Source of the DNA: Squalus acanthias
Lineage: Eukaryota
Assembly (NCBI GenBank): GCA_030390025.1
Contig: JASTWF010000341.1
Span: 62,001 to 126,000, forward strand
Direction: 5' to 3'
Length of the DNA stretch: 64,000 bases
Shown: positions 37,101-49,744 of the stretch, one piece after another
Layout of the letters: each line of letters opens with the position of its first letter
How positions within the stretch are numbered: the first letter of the stretch is position 1
Notes under the pieces: generated by a model
Told to the model about the DNA's origin: nothing
Database searches by the model: none
Seen by the model: the letters and a program-made list of their open reading frames with translations, nothing else
Made by a program: the position numbers and the translations under genes

Positions 37101-38404
37101 ATTGTTAAACATTCAGACATGGTCACTTGGTAAATTCACATACAATGTGCATGGTGTAAAGGGATGATGTCGACGATGGATTGTTCAGACCAAATGGCAG
37201 CTTTTTCACTGTTTCAGTGTAGAATTCCCTGTAAACTGAGTATCCAACAGGCTATTCACACAACAGTGTGATACTGCAATACGTTTGTTTCACATATTAG
37301 CAAGTTATGTTAAAAAAAAAATCAATGCACAAGTCCAGGGAAAAGTAGATAATTTAACAGTTTGATCTTTAATATCTTGGAAATGTCAGCTGTTTTTACA
37401 TGAAGATGATATCTGTCAAAATATCCTCAGGTCAGTGGAGTTTTAACTTTATCGATGTTAGCAACAAATCCTTCAACAGATTTCATCAACGCCACAGCAG
37501 TATTAACCTTTTACCAGCAGGACACAACCGTAACAACTATGGGTATCTCACCAGCAATATGGTCGCTGGGAGCAGAGAAAGGCTCAGGCTGAAAATTTCC
37601 TCGGAGCTGCTCCTGCTCCGTCACCGTAACTTCTCCTGAGGTGGAGCAGAAACCCCGTGCACAGATACTTAAAAAAATTCCTAGGAAATTTCCAGCCTCA
37701 GAGAAATTGCATTAGGGCACTAATAGCCGAATGCATGGTCCATCAGCTCTCATGGACACATGAGAACTTGAAGTGAAGATTGGCTTTGATCTATTTTACT
37801 TAAAACTTCAAAATCTATAAACAGCAGCAAAAGGTGAAATCTCAAACATCAACATCTAATAGCTTTCACATTTTAAAGCCTCACTGGTGATGCCTTTTAT
37901 GTCTATAATTTCCCCAACTCCCCCTCCACACAGCCTCATCTATCTACGACAGGCAGGCCTACGGACACCATCAATGCCACTCTGGTTGAGCTGCCAGATG
38001 TCACAGTCGAGTGGTGCAGAAAGGACCTCTATCCATCCAGTTTCCTTCCCTCTCATGAGTTGCAGTTGTGTCTTTGGTAAGCTCAAAATTTAAGGGAAGC
38101 CCAAGTGCATGCCAGTTAAAACTAGCATTTAAAGTCAAGTCTGTTCATTGCAATCCAGCACTGTAGCTGATACAGTGAACAGCATTCTGATGAGAAAAAT
38201 GGATCTAAAATGAACTAAAGAAACATTCTTAGCCCAGAGTTACAATAAATTATCCACTGTGAAAGATTTTAACATGAATTAATGTCAAGAATCCTGCTCA
38301 AAAAGATAAGATAAAAATGTTGACTTCTGACTATTGAATTTGTTACTGCTATCTGAGATTTTCTGCGAATATCTTCAGAGCCCCTCAGTTACTTGGGAGA
38401 GGTA

Positions 38405-38712
38405 GGAGGGTGGGCACTGTGTGGTGCGGTACAAGTTACAGAGAGCAGGGCGCTATCAGGTTTAATCCCCATATGAGTGCTCAGCCAGCCAATCTCTGGC
38501 AGGGTAGCATTGGGGCAGGCATGTGGAATGGGGTGAGGATGGAACCAAGCTCCGTTGTGATGGCTCCCACAGTCAAGTAGGCCAATTACTCCCACACATG
38601 AAAAAAAGCCACTTGAGTGAGGTAGTGCAAAGCCACAGGCATCAATGGAACCATACCCTGCATGAGTCACCACCTTCAGCAGAGGAGCAGTTAGAGGAGA
38701 AAATAAAAAAAA
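38405..38712 (+). mobile_element. Old SINE, family C
   Basis: B-box-like GGTTTAATCCCC, GGGTGAGGATGG...TGTGATG, CCACTTGAGTGAGGTA, GGAACCATACCC, and an A-rich tail. Confidence 0.55.
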
Positions 38713-39159
38713 CACTTTAATTCAACGTGAAATTGTATATTATGCCCTACTGTATATTCACTTTTAGTATTACTTTAATATGCTTTTAAAAAGGATTACT
38801 TTACAATATATATACTGATCCCATGAGTTCTCAGTAATCAACTGATGACTACTGCTAGCTGAACTTGCGATGATTATGCCGATCCTTCATTGTGAATGGC
38901 AGTACCCTGCCTAGTACTGGCTGATGTGATAGCTACACATGGCAATAAATTACTCAAAATGAAACAAGACAATTTCACAGTGTTAGGTTATAAAAATAGT
39001 ACATAAGCTAGCAGTGAGTTCAAGACTGGAATCTTATTCGAAAGCGGTGCATGACATCCTTTAATACCTTGATGAGATTATTGTTATGTAATCAGACCTG
39101 GTATCTGTTGTTCTGCCAAAAATACCACCGTGTACTCCTCAAAAGGTTAGATTATGAAA

Positions 39160-39450
39160 GTAAAAGAAAAGAAAGAATGCCGTTCATACCTTCAGGACGT
39201 CCCAAAGTGCCTCACAGCCAATCAAGTACTTTTAAATTGTAGTCACTGATGTAGCAAAAGTGGCAGTCAATTTGCACACAGAAAGATCCCACAAACAACA
39301 AAGAGATCAATGACCAGATGATCTGTTTTATTGGGTGTTATTTAAGGGATAACTGTTGGTCAAGGCACCGAGAGTACCCCCTTGGTCTTCTCTGAATAGT
39401 GCCGTGGCATCTTTTACGTCCACCTGAGAGGGCAGTTAACGTCTCATCCA
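39160..39450 (-). mobile_element. Deu-type SINE fragment
   Basis: CAGGACGTCCCAAAG...AGCCAAT.AAGTACTTTT...CCCACAAACA...CTTTTACGTCCACCTGAGAG is homologous to 22850-23135. Confidence 0.75.
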
Positions 39451-40598
39451 AACTTACTGGATGAGTCGATTCATATGGTAATGCTTTGAATGTTAAATTA
39501 AAGGCTGGTTAGATTATTAATGGATTCACTCAGACTGTTCTTTCGATTAGTATGGAGAAGAAGTGCTGAATTATTCCAGCAACTTATAGGTGTAATGATA
39601 AGAAGGCTAAGAGATTATCAGTGCTAGAAATTTGTATTTTTGCATCAAATGGATCAGGACCAATTTGTAGAATTTGAGTTTGCACATGGTGAGTTGTTGA
39701 TCTTGGCTGAGCCATCAGGTGAGACATTAAGGAAAGCGGTAAACCCCAGGCTAGGTTGCTTCTGTACCTACTAGCAGCCAGGTTAATAATGGTTTGGTAG
39801 TCATACATGCCAACCGTCCATGTTTTATGCAGTCAGGATTTGGAAAGCGTGTCTGCGCAGTCTGTTTCCCCTTGAAAATCAACTTCAGGAACCATCCCCA
39901 TTCTAGCTTCTGGGTCCCTGCACTCATGCCTCCAAGGAACTGCTCTATCTGCTACCCCAGCTCAGGGTTTCATATGATTACTGCAGTGTTCACGTGGCTT
40001 CCAACCCCAGCAGGACAGGAAGGCTCATGCTGGAGAGGCAGAAAGGTCACAAAGCAGAAGCAGCAGTCCAGGTAGCTTTTATAATTCTCTTGTATTCGGT
40101 CCGCAGTGTTTTAGACCAGATTCAGAATAAGGATTATGGATAAAGAAGTCATTAGTTATTAACTGAAATGAGCAAACAGTGTGAAAGAAAATCATCAGAG
40201 ATGCTTCTTACTCTGTTACTGGGTAAATGCCAAGTGGAAATATCATCAACCAAAGATAAGGCTTATTACAAGTACAGTAATCACAAATTTCACAACACAG
40301 CGTATGAAACACTGTGCTGTAAGCAAAGAGCTTCTACACCAGATAACATTATTTAATCACTTTACAACACAATACTGCATTACCCAGTAAGTGTTTTAGG
40401 GTCTATCACAGGATGGGAACAGTACAAAAGAGAGCAGCCTACCTTTCTTAAGTGAATACAATACACTGTTCAACAAAGTCACAAATTTCCACAGTTCCAT
40501 AATTCATTTCAGCACTGGCCAAAAGTGGGAATGTCTCTGGTGGTGACTGCATCGAGCATACACTCAGTATGATTTGACGGCAGAATTAATTATCTCTA

Positions 40599-42585
40599 GG
40601 TCTCTTACAACTGCACTTATGAAATCCCAACTATCCAGCCTTTGCCCCTCCATTCACCATGACATTTCTGCAGCTACTGATCTGCTCAACCACACCCTCA
40701 CCACCACCTTTGATGCCCTAGTCCCTATTAAAACAATTACTCTCTCTCACCCTGACCTTTCCCCCTGGTACGGCCCTCATCTTCGCCCCCTTAAGTCCAA
40801 GAGACACAAACTTGAACGGATATGGTGGACAACTGGTTTAGCCATTCACCGCCAGATCAGGCTGGACCAGATAAAGCATTAGCGGGACCTGCTCTCGTCT
40901 GCCAAAATTGCTCACTATTCCAGAATCATTCTGGAATGCAAAGATAAACCCCGGCTTCTATTCCCCACTGCTAACTGCCTTCTTAAACCCCTCTCCCCTG
41001 TCTCCTCCACCCTTACCTCCGACAACAAGTGTGAGAAGCTCATGGATTTCTTTGTCTCTAAGATTGAGACCATCCGTTCAACTGCCTCTCCCACTTCCCT
41101 TCCTTCCCCTAGTCTACCGGGCCAAACTTCCTCTAAGGATCCCCCCTGCCCTAGCCCTGAACTCACATCTTTCTCCAGTTTCTCTCCGATCTCCCCTCGT
41201 GACCTCTCCGCGCACATCTTGTCCATGAGACCCACTTCCTGCTCCCTCGACCCTATTCCCACCAAACTGCTGACCACCCAACTTCCTTTTCTAGCTCCCA
41301 TGTTAGCTGACATTGTTAACGGTTCTCTCTCCTCAGGTATTGTCCCCCTTCCCTCAAATCTGCCGTCATCACCCCTCTCCTCAAAGAAACAACCCTTGAA
41401 TGCCTCCATCCTTGGAAACTACCGCCCCATCTCTAACCTCCCTTTCCTCTCCAAAGTCCTTGAACGAGTTGTCGCCTCCCAAATCCGTGCCCATCTTTCC
41501 CGCAATTCCAAGTTTGAATCCCTCCAATCAGGTTTCCGCCCTTGTCACAGTACCGAAACGGCTCTCATCAAAGTCACAAATGACATCCTTTGTGACTGTG
41601 ACAAAGGTAAACTATCCCTCCTCGTCCTTCTTGATTTGTCTGCAGCTTTTCACACGGTTGACCACTCCATCCTTCAACGCCTCTCCACCGTCAGCCAGCT
41701 GGGTGGGACTGCACTCGCCTGGTTCCATTCTTATCTATCTAATCGTAGCCAGAGAATCACCTGCAACGGCTACTCTTCCTGCTCCCGCATCGTTACCTCT
41801 GGTGTCCCCCAAGGATTTATCCTTGGCCCCCTCCTATTTCTCATCCACATGTTGCCCCTTGGCGACATTACCCGAAAACACAGCATCAGTTTCCACATGT
41901 ATGCTGACGACTCCCAGCTCTAACTCACTACCTCTTCTCTCGACCCCTCCACGGTCTTTAAATTGTCAGACTGCTTGTCCGACATCCAGTTCTGGATGAG
42001 CAGAAATTTTCTACAATTAAATATTGGGAAGACCAAAGCGATTGTTTTTGGTCCCCGCCACAAACTCTGTTCCCTAGCCACTGACTCCATCCCATCTGTC
42101 TGAGGCTGAACCACACTGTTCGCAACCTTGGTGTCATATTTGACCCTGAAATGAGCTTCCGACCACATATCCGCAGCATAACTAAGACTACCTATTTTCG
42201 CCCGTCTCCGCCCTTGCTCAGCTCATCCGCTGCTGAAACCCTCATCCATGCCTTTGTTACCTCTAGACTTGCCTTTTCCAACGCACTGCTGGCTGGCCTC
42301 CCACATTCTACCCTACGTAAACTTGAGGTGATCGAAAACTCGGCTGCCCATGTCCTAACTCGCACCAAGTCCCATTCATCCATCACCCCTGTGCTCGCTG
42401 ACCTACACTGGCTCCCAGTTAAGCAACGCCTCGATTTCAAAATTCTCATCCTTGTTTTCAAATCCCTTCATGGCCTCGCCCCTCCCTATCTCTGTAATCT
42501 CCTTCAGCCCCACAACCCCCCCCTCCCACCCACGAGATATCTGCGCTCCTCTAATTCTGCCCTCGTGAGTATCCCTGATTATAAT
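40599..42585 (+). mobile_element. L2 LINE, 5'-truncated, disrupted ORF2
   Basis: SCSLDPIPT, NYRPISNLPFLSKVLE, QSGFRPCHSTETAL, LLDLSAAF, GVPQGFILGP, MYADDSQL, LHWLPV (L2 signature). C-rich strand. Confidence 0.92.
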
Positions 42586-43735
42586 GGTCATAGAGTCATA
42601 GAGTTATACAGCACAGAAAGAGGCCCTTCGGCCATCAAGCCCTATCTATTCCAATCCCATTTTCCAGCACTTGGTCCGTAGCCTTGTATGCTACGGCGTT
42701 TCAAGTGCTCACCTAAATGCTTCTTGAATGTTGTGAGGGTTCCTGCCTCTACCACCCTTTCAGGCAGTGAGTTCCAGATTCCAACCACCCTCTGGGTGAA
42801 AAAGTTTTTCCTCCAATCCCCTCTAAACCTCCTGCCCCTTACCTTGAAACTATGCCCCCTGGTTATTGACCCCTCTACTAAGGGGAAAAGTTCCTTTCTA
42901 TCTACCCTATCTATGCCTCTCATAATTTTGTACACCACAATCAGGTCCCCCCTCAGCCTTCTCTGCTCTAAGGAAAACAACCCCAGCCTGTCCAGTCTCT
43001 CTTCATAGCTGAAGCGCTCCAGCCCAGGTAACATCCTGGTGAATCTCCTCTGCACCCTCTCCAATGCAATCACATCCTTCCTATAGTGTGGTGACCAGAA
43101 CTGCACACAGTATTCCAGCTGTGGCCTAACTAGCATTTTGTATAGCTCCATCATAACCTCCCTGCTCTTATATTCTATGCCTCGGCTAATGAAGGCAAGT
43201 ATCCCATATACCTTTTTAACCACCTTATCTACCTGTCCTGCTGCCTTCAGGGATCTATGTACATGCACACCAAGGTCCCTCTGATCCTCTGTCCTTCCTA
43301 GGGTCCTACCATTCATTGTGTATTCCCTTGCCTTGTTAGTCCTCCCAAAATGCATCACTTCACACTTTTCAGGGTTAAATTCATTTGCCACTGTTCTGCC
43401 CATCTGACCAACCCATCTATATCGTCCTGTAGCCTGAGGCTTCCCTCCTCACTATTTACCACTCCACCAATATTCGTGTCATCTGCGAACTTACTGATCA
43501 TACCGCCTACATTCATATCTAAATCATTAATGTACTACAAACAGCAAAGGACACAGCATCGATCCCTGCAGTACACCACTGGACACAGGTTTCCAGTCAC
43601 AAAAACAACCTTCAACCATCACCCTCTGCCTCCTGCCACGAAGCCAATTTTGGATCCAATGTGCCAAATTGCCCTGGATCCCATGGGCTCTTACCTTCTT
43701 GACCAGTCTCCCATGTGGGACTTTGTCAAAAGCCT
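42586..43735 (-). mobile_element. CR1 3' fragment inserted at the L2 3' region
   Basis: ORF 42642-43403 with LVRPQLEYCVQFWSP and RRLRGDLI. Tail (CTATGACT)n. Candidate TSD TAAT (42582-42585, 43736-43739). Confidence 0.92.
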
Positions 43736-44564
43736 TAATCTTCCACTACTTCAGATGTTTATCTACTCTTCAATTGAGCTTCCCTGCAGTTTGTTACGAG
43801 AAGTCCGTGTCCACTGCAGTTTTCACATATTATAGCCCTACTTTTACACTGAAGGCTTTTCTTGAGTTGCCAACTTTTTGGAGGCTATGCCAACCTTTTT
43901 GTAGCTCTTTGTTAGCTTTTGTTGATTTTCAAGTTTGGTTCTGCATGCATGGGGCTAGGCATAAATCACCGACTCATCCTCATAGTTAATTGGGAAATAG
44001 AGATAAGAACCCTAAAGAGAAAAGTTTTAATGCCATATAAAACAGTACTGTAGCAGCAGCTGTTAAATCTTACATTAAAAGAGAGACGGAAAATGAGTTG
44101 GAAATAAAACACAATTCAGTTTTGGCACTCTAGTAATAGAATGGTGAAAGGCAAGACTGAAGTTACATATCCGAGGAAGTGAGAGTGTGGAATTAGAGTA
44201 ATATAGAAAGAGTGAAAGAATCATGGACTGACTTGTTTTACACTACACAGGTATAACACAAGACAGATAGACATACACAAGAATCCATTTTTATTAGATC
44301 AATTACCAAAGAGGAGGACATTGAACATGCTCATGTAAGGAAGATAACATCATTCAGAGAATGAGGAATACTATGCCTAAAAATGGTGTCATCTATACTT
44401 TGTCCTTGATTAATCTCCACCTATCATCGACAATTCCCCATCTATCCAAAGAATATTTGGTCAAAGTATGATGTACCATGTGGCTATCTTGCAAATAGCC
44501 TTTTAAAACATATTTTACATAAGACTACACTATGGTTAGTGCATTGAGTAGCTCTTTAGTCTAC

Positions 44565-45274
44565 CAGAACTTTGCTATATGTGAGCAGGCAACCAAACGG
44601 CAATGTAGCTGCAAATCACCACACATTGCCTGACGATTTGAGCTGCTCCACTGTTAGTCTCGCGAAAACGGCAGCTCGCCGTTAACCTCCCCATGAGCTT
44701 CAAGAAATTTCTGCCTTTGCGCATTAATTGCCAATTAAACTTGCTGTAGAAAGTTAGGGCTGGTACTTAACAGCGTAAGGACCCTTTTATTGTCGAGATT
44801 TATGTTCCTGCAATGCCACTCAACCTCTCCGGCCCAGAAAGGGAACAATTGAAACTGTGGAGTCTCATTCCTGTAGGTAGTAAATTGTTCTCAGAGAATT
44901 TAAAAATGTTAAACTTTAAATTATAATTTTTTTCTTACTTTTTCTTTCTGTCTCTTTTTATCTTTCTCTTAATCCAATCTTCCGTTCCCTCTCTATTTCT
45001 CTGTCTGTACCATACTTGACTCTAATTCACCCTATTTCTTTTTCCGTCGTTCCTTTGTTTCTTTCTCAATCCTTAAATCTCATTGGTTAAGGAGATAGAC
45101 TGTTGATCCTGTTGTTCACTGAGGTCCCAGATGCCCCTTGTCCTCACCGCGTCGTTATCAGCTTGCACTTCTAGCAATTTGCAGTACAAAAAAAAATTGA
45201 GCTGAAGGGCGATGGAAAAAGTCTACCTAATGGGGCACGCAGTGAAATGCCCCACTCCAGCAAATCTTTCAGCC
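44565..45274. mobile_element. Degraded MITE-like element (possibly Harbinger-type)
   Basis: CpG-bearing arms around a T/C-rich core, an architecture like 23951-24683 inverted. TIRs weak (AGAACTTTGCT / AGCAAATCTTTCAGCC). Confidence 0.35.
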
Positions 45275-45735
45275 ATTATGTTCTGTTGGTATGATCGAGA
45301 GTTCACTTCACAGTCACATGGCAGAACTTGTGTTCTTCTTCAGATTTAGGATAAGCAGGGAAAAATCAAAGCTTGCGGCAACCAGCCATCTCTCACTGAT
45401 TATCTCAAGAGTTGAACTGGCAGAAATCTCGGTCAGGGAATACTGAAAGTTAAACAGGATGAATTCAATATGGTTGGAAAGCCACTACGGAATAGAGGTG
45501 GGAGGGGTTAGAATAACAATCTGCTACTGTGTCTCAAGTGAAGAGATCCCCTCACCTGATACAAGTGATTTTTAGTAGAACTTCTCAGCAAGTCATTCCT
45601 TCAGGAATCTAACAAATTTCTTTCATGTATGAATGCATTAGCCTAGCTGAAGATGGGAAATAAACCTGCTAACAGACAAGAACAATCAAAATGTTCACAG
45701 GTAAGCAACACAACTACTGAGCTCATTTATAATCA

Positions 45736-45901
45736 TGATGCGGAGATGCCGGTGTTGGACTGGGGTGGACAAAAGTGAGAAGTCGCACAACACCAGGTTA
45801 TAGTCCAACAGTTTTATTTGAAATCACAAGCTTTCGGAGCTGCAGCTCCTTCACCTGACGAAGGAGCAGCCGCTCCGAAAGCTTGTGATTTCAAATAAAA
45901 C
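45736..45901. mobile_element. Penelope-like inverted-repeat (hairpin) insertion with 12-bp TSD
   Basis: TSD CATTTATAATCA (45724-45735, 45902-45913). Arms TTTTATTTGAAATCACAAGCTTTCGGAGC and GCTCCGAAAGCTTGTGATTTCAAATAAAA. Same family as 26520. Confidence 0.8.
45851..45888 (+). ncRNA. Minimal type I hammerhead ribozyme-like motif
   Basis: UCAC-CUGACGA-A-GGAGC-AGCC-GCUCC-GAAA-GCUU-GUGA. Confidence 0.6.
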
Positions 45902-47167
45902 CATTTATAATCAGGAAGTCCTGTGGTGCTTCAAGTCTTTAATGAATTTGCTTATGTCTGTACGATGCAGCTTTTATCTAGATTTCATTTATAAATCCAA
46001 ACAATGCAGTGAACACCTTCGAAAGTTGTTGCTGAGCTGGCCTGGCTACACAGGTGCGAGAGGGCATATGAGTTTGTGTTCAAGTCTCAAGCTTCCCTAA
46101 TGTTCCAGTTGTTCATCAATTCTCAGCTGAATGACACACTATGACGGGACAATTCAGTTAGAAAAAGCCAAAGCTCGAAGTGCAGGTCAGCACGCTGATA
46201 GAAAAGAGTAAAAGAGATGAGCAAATTAGAAAGTAGTGATTAGATGGTTGGGGTTTAAAAGCGTGAAGATTGTAGGATGAAGCAAAGACTAAGGAGTTCC
46301 ATAGTTTTGAAGTCTTTGGAAAAAAAACACTAGCCTAAGGATGTAAGAAGCAGAAAAAGCATACAGGATGCCACGTTTGGAGTTCAAGATGAATGACCTA
46401 CATAACATGTTAAAAGTCTTGCACTTCCTGTATTCCTCTAAAGTAGCATTTAATTCCTTCCTTCTGTCACAATATTTCCATCATGTCTGTCTGTCATTCT
46501 TAAACAACCCCCAACACCATATATATTTACATCCCACTGAGTGTCTCCAGCATTTCTATGGCGGCTACCATCTCCCCAGATGCAGTACATACAGCCTACC
46601 TCCTACCTACTAACCTGAAAACCTAGAACATCTTCCATAGCATTTTCCTCTGGGCTTTAAAAACAGGAGATAAAATTAACCAAATATGAAAGATAAAATT
46701 AACTACATAGTTAAACAAACATAACAACAATCAAGGGCACTGATTTATACTTTTCACACAAATATGCACATGATCATAGAATTCAACCCCCCAAAAAATA
46801 CTTATTAATCCCACAATACTCTGCAATTAAAAACAGCATTTAATCTATTCAATCTCTTCAAAACAACCGCACTGATAATACATTATTATATGTTACATGG
46901 AATAAAACTGAATATCTTCTGACTTAGTGAGCAATGCCACAGGAGATTTGCTAGTATAAAATCAGAAAATGCTGTAAATACTCAGCAGGTCAGGCAGCAT
47001 CTGTGGAAAGAGAAACAGAGTTAACGGGCTCGATTTTGCCAGTGTGGGTGGGCTGGGGCGTGTCAGGTGGCATTCGTGTCAGGACCCCGACTCCGAAGTG
47101 AAGTGAGGAAAAAGTGCGATTTTCCCCGAATGAGGCAATTGATTTCCAGCGTGTGGGAACCCCTGGC

Positions 47168-47230
47168 CCAATGAGTCTTTTCATACAGAAAGTCGCCTCC
47201 GATGACGTCATCAATGCTGCTGGATTTAAG
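47168..47230 (+). promoter_or_regulatory. Putative Harbinger Myb-gene promoter: CCAAT, CRE, TATA-like
   Basis: CCAAT at 47168, TGACGTCA at 47203, TTTAAG at 47225. Same order and near-identical spacing in the first element (5310, 5346 as TGACATCT, 5368). Confidence 0.45.
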
Positions 47231-47305
47231 GCCCACAAGCAGCCTTGCTTCTTCTGGAGACTGCAAACTTTATGGTGATTGTAGTCAGGAATTCATTGAT
47301 CGACT

Positions 47306-48285
47306 ATGTCCACCAGCAGGCAAAAGTGTGCTCCACGCTTTGATGAGCCCTCCCGCCAAGCTCTGGTGGAGGGAGCAAGATCGAATAAGGAGGTGCTCTT
47401 CCCTTCCTCAGGGAGAAAAAAGCCACCCCAGCAGACTAAAGCTGTGTGGCTTCAAGTGGCCCAGAAGGTCAACTCCATATCGATGAGCTGCAGAACCTGG
47501 CTGCAGTGCAGGAAGAGGTTTTATGACCTTCTCCGCACAGGAAAAGTGAGTATGACTTTCCCATCACCCTCAATCTGATCCCCATCGCCTCTCCTCACCA
47601 GCACTCTGCTTTGCTAACCTCTTCCTCCACATCCCACTCGACATTTACATCCCTGCACCCTTACCCATTGCCTCTCTCTTTATGGTCACATTCACTTAAC
47701 TATTCGACTATGTAGCCCTCACACTCCCTCTCACTGGGATACAACAACAACTTACAACACCCTTTGTCTCCTTCTAAGCATCTATGCTATGGATTCTCTA
47801 CACTCACTCCTTCATTCTCACTCAAACTCCACTTGTGTCCCTCATTGCAGGAAAAGAGAGCCCACAATAAGAGGGAAAGAGCTATGACAGGAGAGGGGCC
47901 ACCCTCAGTAACCCAGCTCACCACCTGGGAGGAGGCCGCCCTGGAAATCGCCGGGATCGAGGACAATTCCCAAGTGGGGGATGGACAGACGGGCGCATCA
48001 CAGCAAGCTGGTGACAGAATAGTTTGGCATCTCTCTCATTGACATTGCATGAGTCACTGATAATGATTCTGATGCTCTAACAGATTGACTTATGATCATC
48101 TGCACTATTCAATGTGCATGTAACCTTGACCTCACATCTCTAACTCTTTCCTTTACTCCCCCACAGGACCATCGAATGCCCCCATCAGTATGGTGGTCAG
48201 AGTGATAGGAATCCGCAGGTTCTTGTCCATTGTCGATGCTCTGGTAAGAAGGTGTGAGACAAAAGTGTTTGATTGTGCAGGCTAA
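47306..48285 (+). CDS. Predicted spliced Myb/SANT-like protein, 172 aa (exons 47306-47545, 47851-48010, 48167-48285)
   Basis: ATG, GT-AG introns (phase 0 and phase 1) conserved with copy 1, and no stop until TAA 48283-48285. Reads APRFDEPSRQALVE...KAVWLQVAQKVNS...RTWLQCRKRFYDL | EKRAHNKRERAMTGEGPP. Expression unknown. Confidence 0.6.
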
Positions 48286-49744
48286 GCAAATCTGGCCAAC
48301 ATGAGTGCGCCCCTTGCATCCCGGGCAGCAATATGGTCGCGCGCTGGTGCCTTCTGGCCTGTGCAGCTTCAGGTGGGTGAGCAGCAGCTTGGCGCTCCTG
48401 TTGTTGCTCCTGCTGTTGGTGCTGCTGTTGTTCAGGGTTCTGTTGCTGCCGCAGCTGGTCTTTATCTGAATCTGATGTCCAGGAGGAAAGGAAAGAAATG
48501 GTTCCGATGCTTCTGCTATATACCTCAGTTGAGGAAGCGCTCAGTCAAGGTGGGGAAGAGGGGTTTCCCAGGGGGTCACACTGGAGATGGGTCTCAGGCT
48601 CCAAACTTCCACAATAATGAGTAGGCCTGCTAAAAGCTCGCCCAGACCTGAGACAACAAAGTTCTGCCACCTGCAAATGATGATTGCTGAAAACTCCTTT
48701 TTAATGGTGGAGCTGCAGCTGTTAGTAAGCAATCCACTTGTGAGGCCGCCAGGATTACCTGGCGTGTTCCAGAGGAGGCATGTAGGATGGGGGAAATGTC
48801 TAAAAATCAGAAAGGCCTTTCAAAATTGGATTATAGAGGCAATTAAGTGGTTGGGCAGGATGGAAACAGGGTCTGAAACCCCGATTCTGGGAAAATTGCT
48901 CGGAGGCAGGATGGGGCCCACACATAATTTTTTTTCCAATTTTACAACCTCACACGCCTCCAAACCCGCCTCCTCCTGCCTGGCAAAATCGAGCCCAACG
49001 TTTCAGGTCAATGACGCTTCGTCTGACGAAGGGTCATCGAACTGAAACGTTAACTCTGTTTCTCTCTCCACAGATGCTGTCTGACCTGCTGAGTATTTCC
49101 AGCATTTTCTGTTTTTGTTTCAGATTTCCAGCATCCGCAGTATTTTGCTTTTGTATTAGGGAGATTTGCTAGTTTTGATTATTAAAAAAAGGTTTGACTC
49201 ATTTAAAAAGATAAAAATTACACCTCTGTTATGATTCCGGCTTCTCCAGATACTTCTTCTCGTGCCCAAAGCAATAGTTAGCTCCCATAGTCAAGCTTCC
49301 TGTAGGTTGAAGCAAAACCTTGTCTGCAAGCGTAATCTGGGATAATGTGCCCTGCGTGAATAGATCCATTTATTGTCTTTCAATATCCAGGTAGGATGTG
49401 CACCCACATCTGTCCAGGTGATTAATATCATTTATGTCAGACACTTTCGTAATAGACTAAACTACCAAACAGGTTTATTCACACATCGAGTCATTTACAA
49501 CAGAAAGCAGCAACAGCCAATTGCTGAAGTCAATTCAAATAACACAGTCACTTTGAGGTAGACAGGCAAACCAGTCAGTTGAGTTTCTCTGAATGGCTTT
49601 CTTCACAGATATTTCAGACAAAAACTTCTCAGAAAGGGGTATCCACCTGATCCCTACTGGTTACAGTCTTTCTTGAATTCACATAGGCATTCCTAAGTAG
49701 AGATACATCTGCATCTGTTGCAGCCAGGTCAAAACTGTAACCAC

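Larger units (their letters stand above)
47026..48996. mobile_element. Non-autonomous Harbinger deletion derivative, 1971 bp
   Basis: Perfect 17-bp TIRs GGGCTCGATTTTGCCAG and CTGGCAAAATCGAGCCC. TSD AAC. Colinear with 5168-9260 but lacks most of Myb exon 3 and the whole DDE core. Confidence 0.93.
46956..49159. mobile_element. Penelope-like ~230-bp hairpin element (second family) with 14-bp TSD, interrupted by a Harbinger
   Basis: TSD GGAGATTTGCTAGT (46942-46955, 49160-49173). The left arm (46956-47025 plus 49000-49022) is the reverse complement of ~49024-49115. CTGACGA...GAAACGTT core at 49023-49051. Confidence 0.8.
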
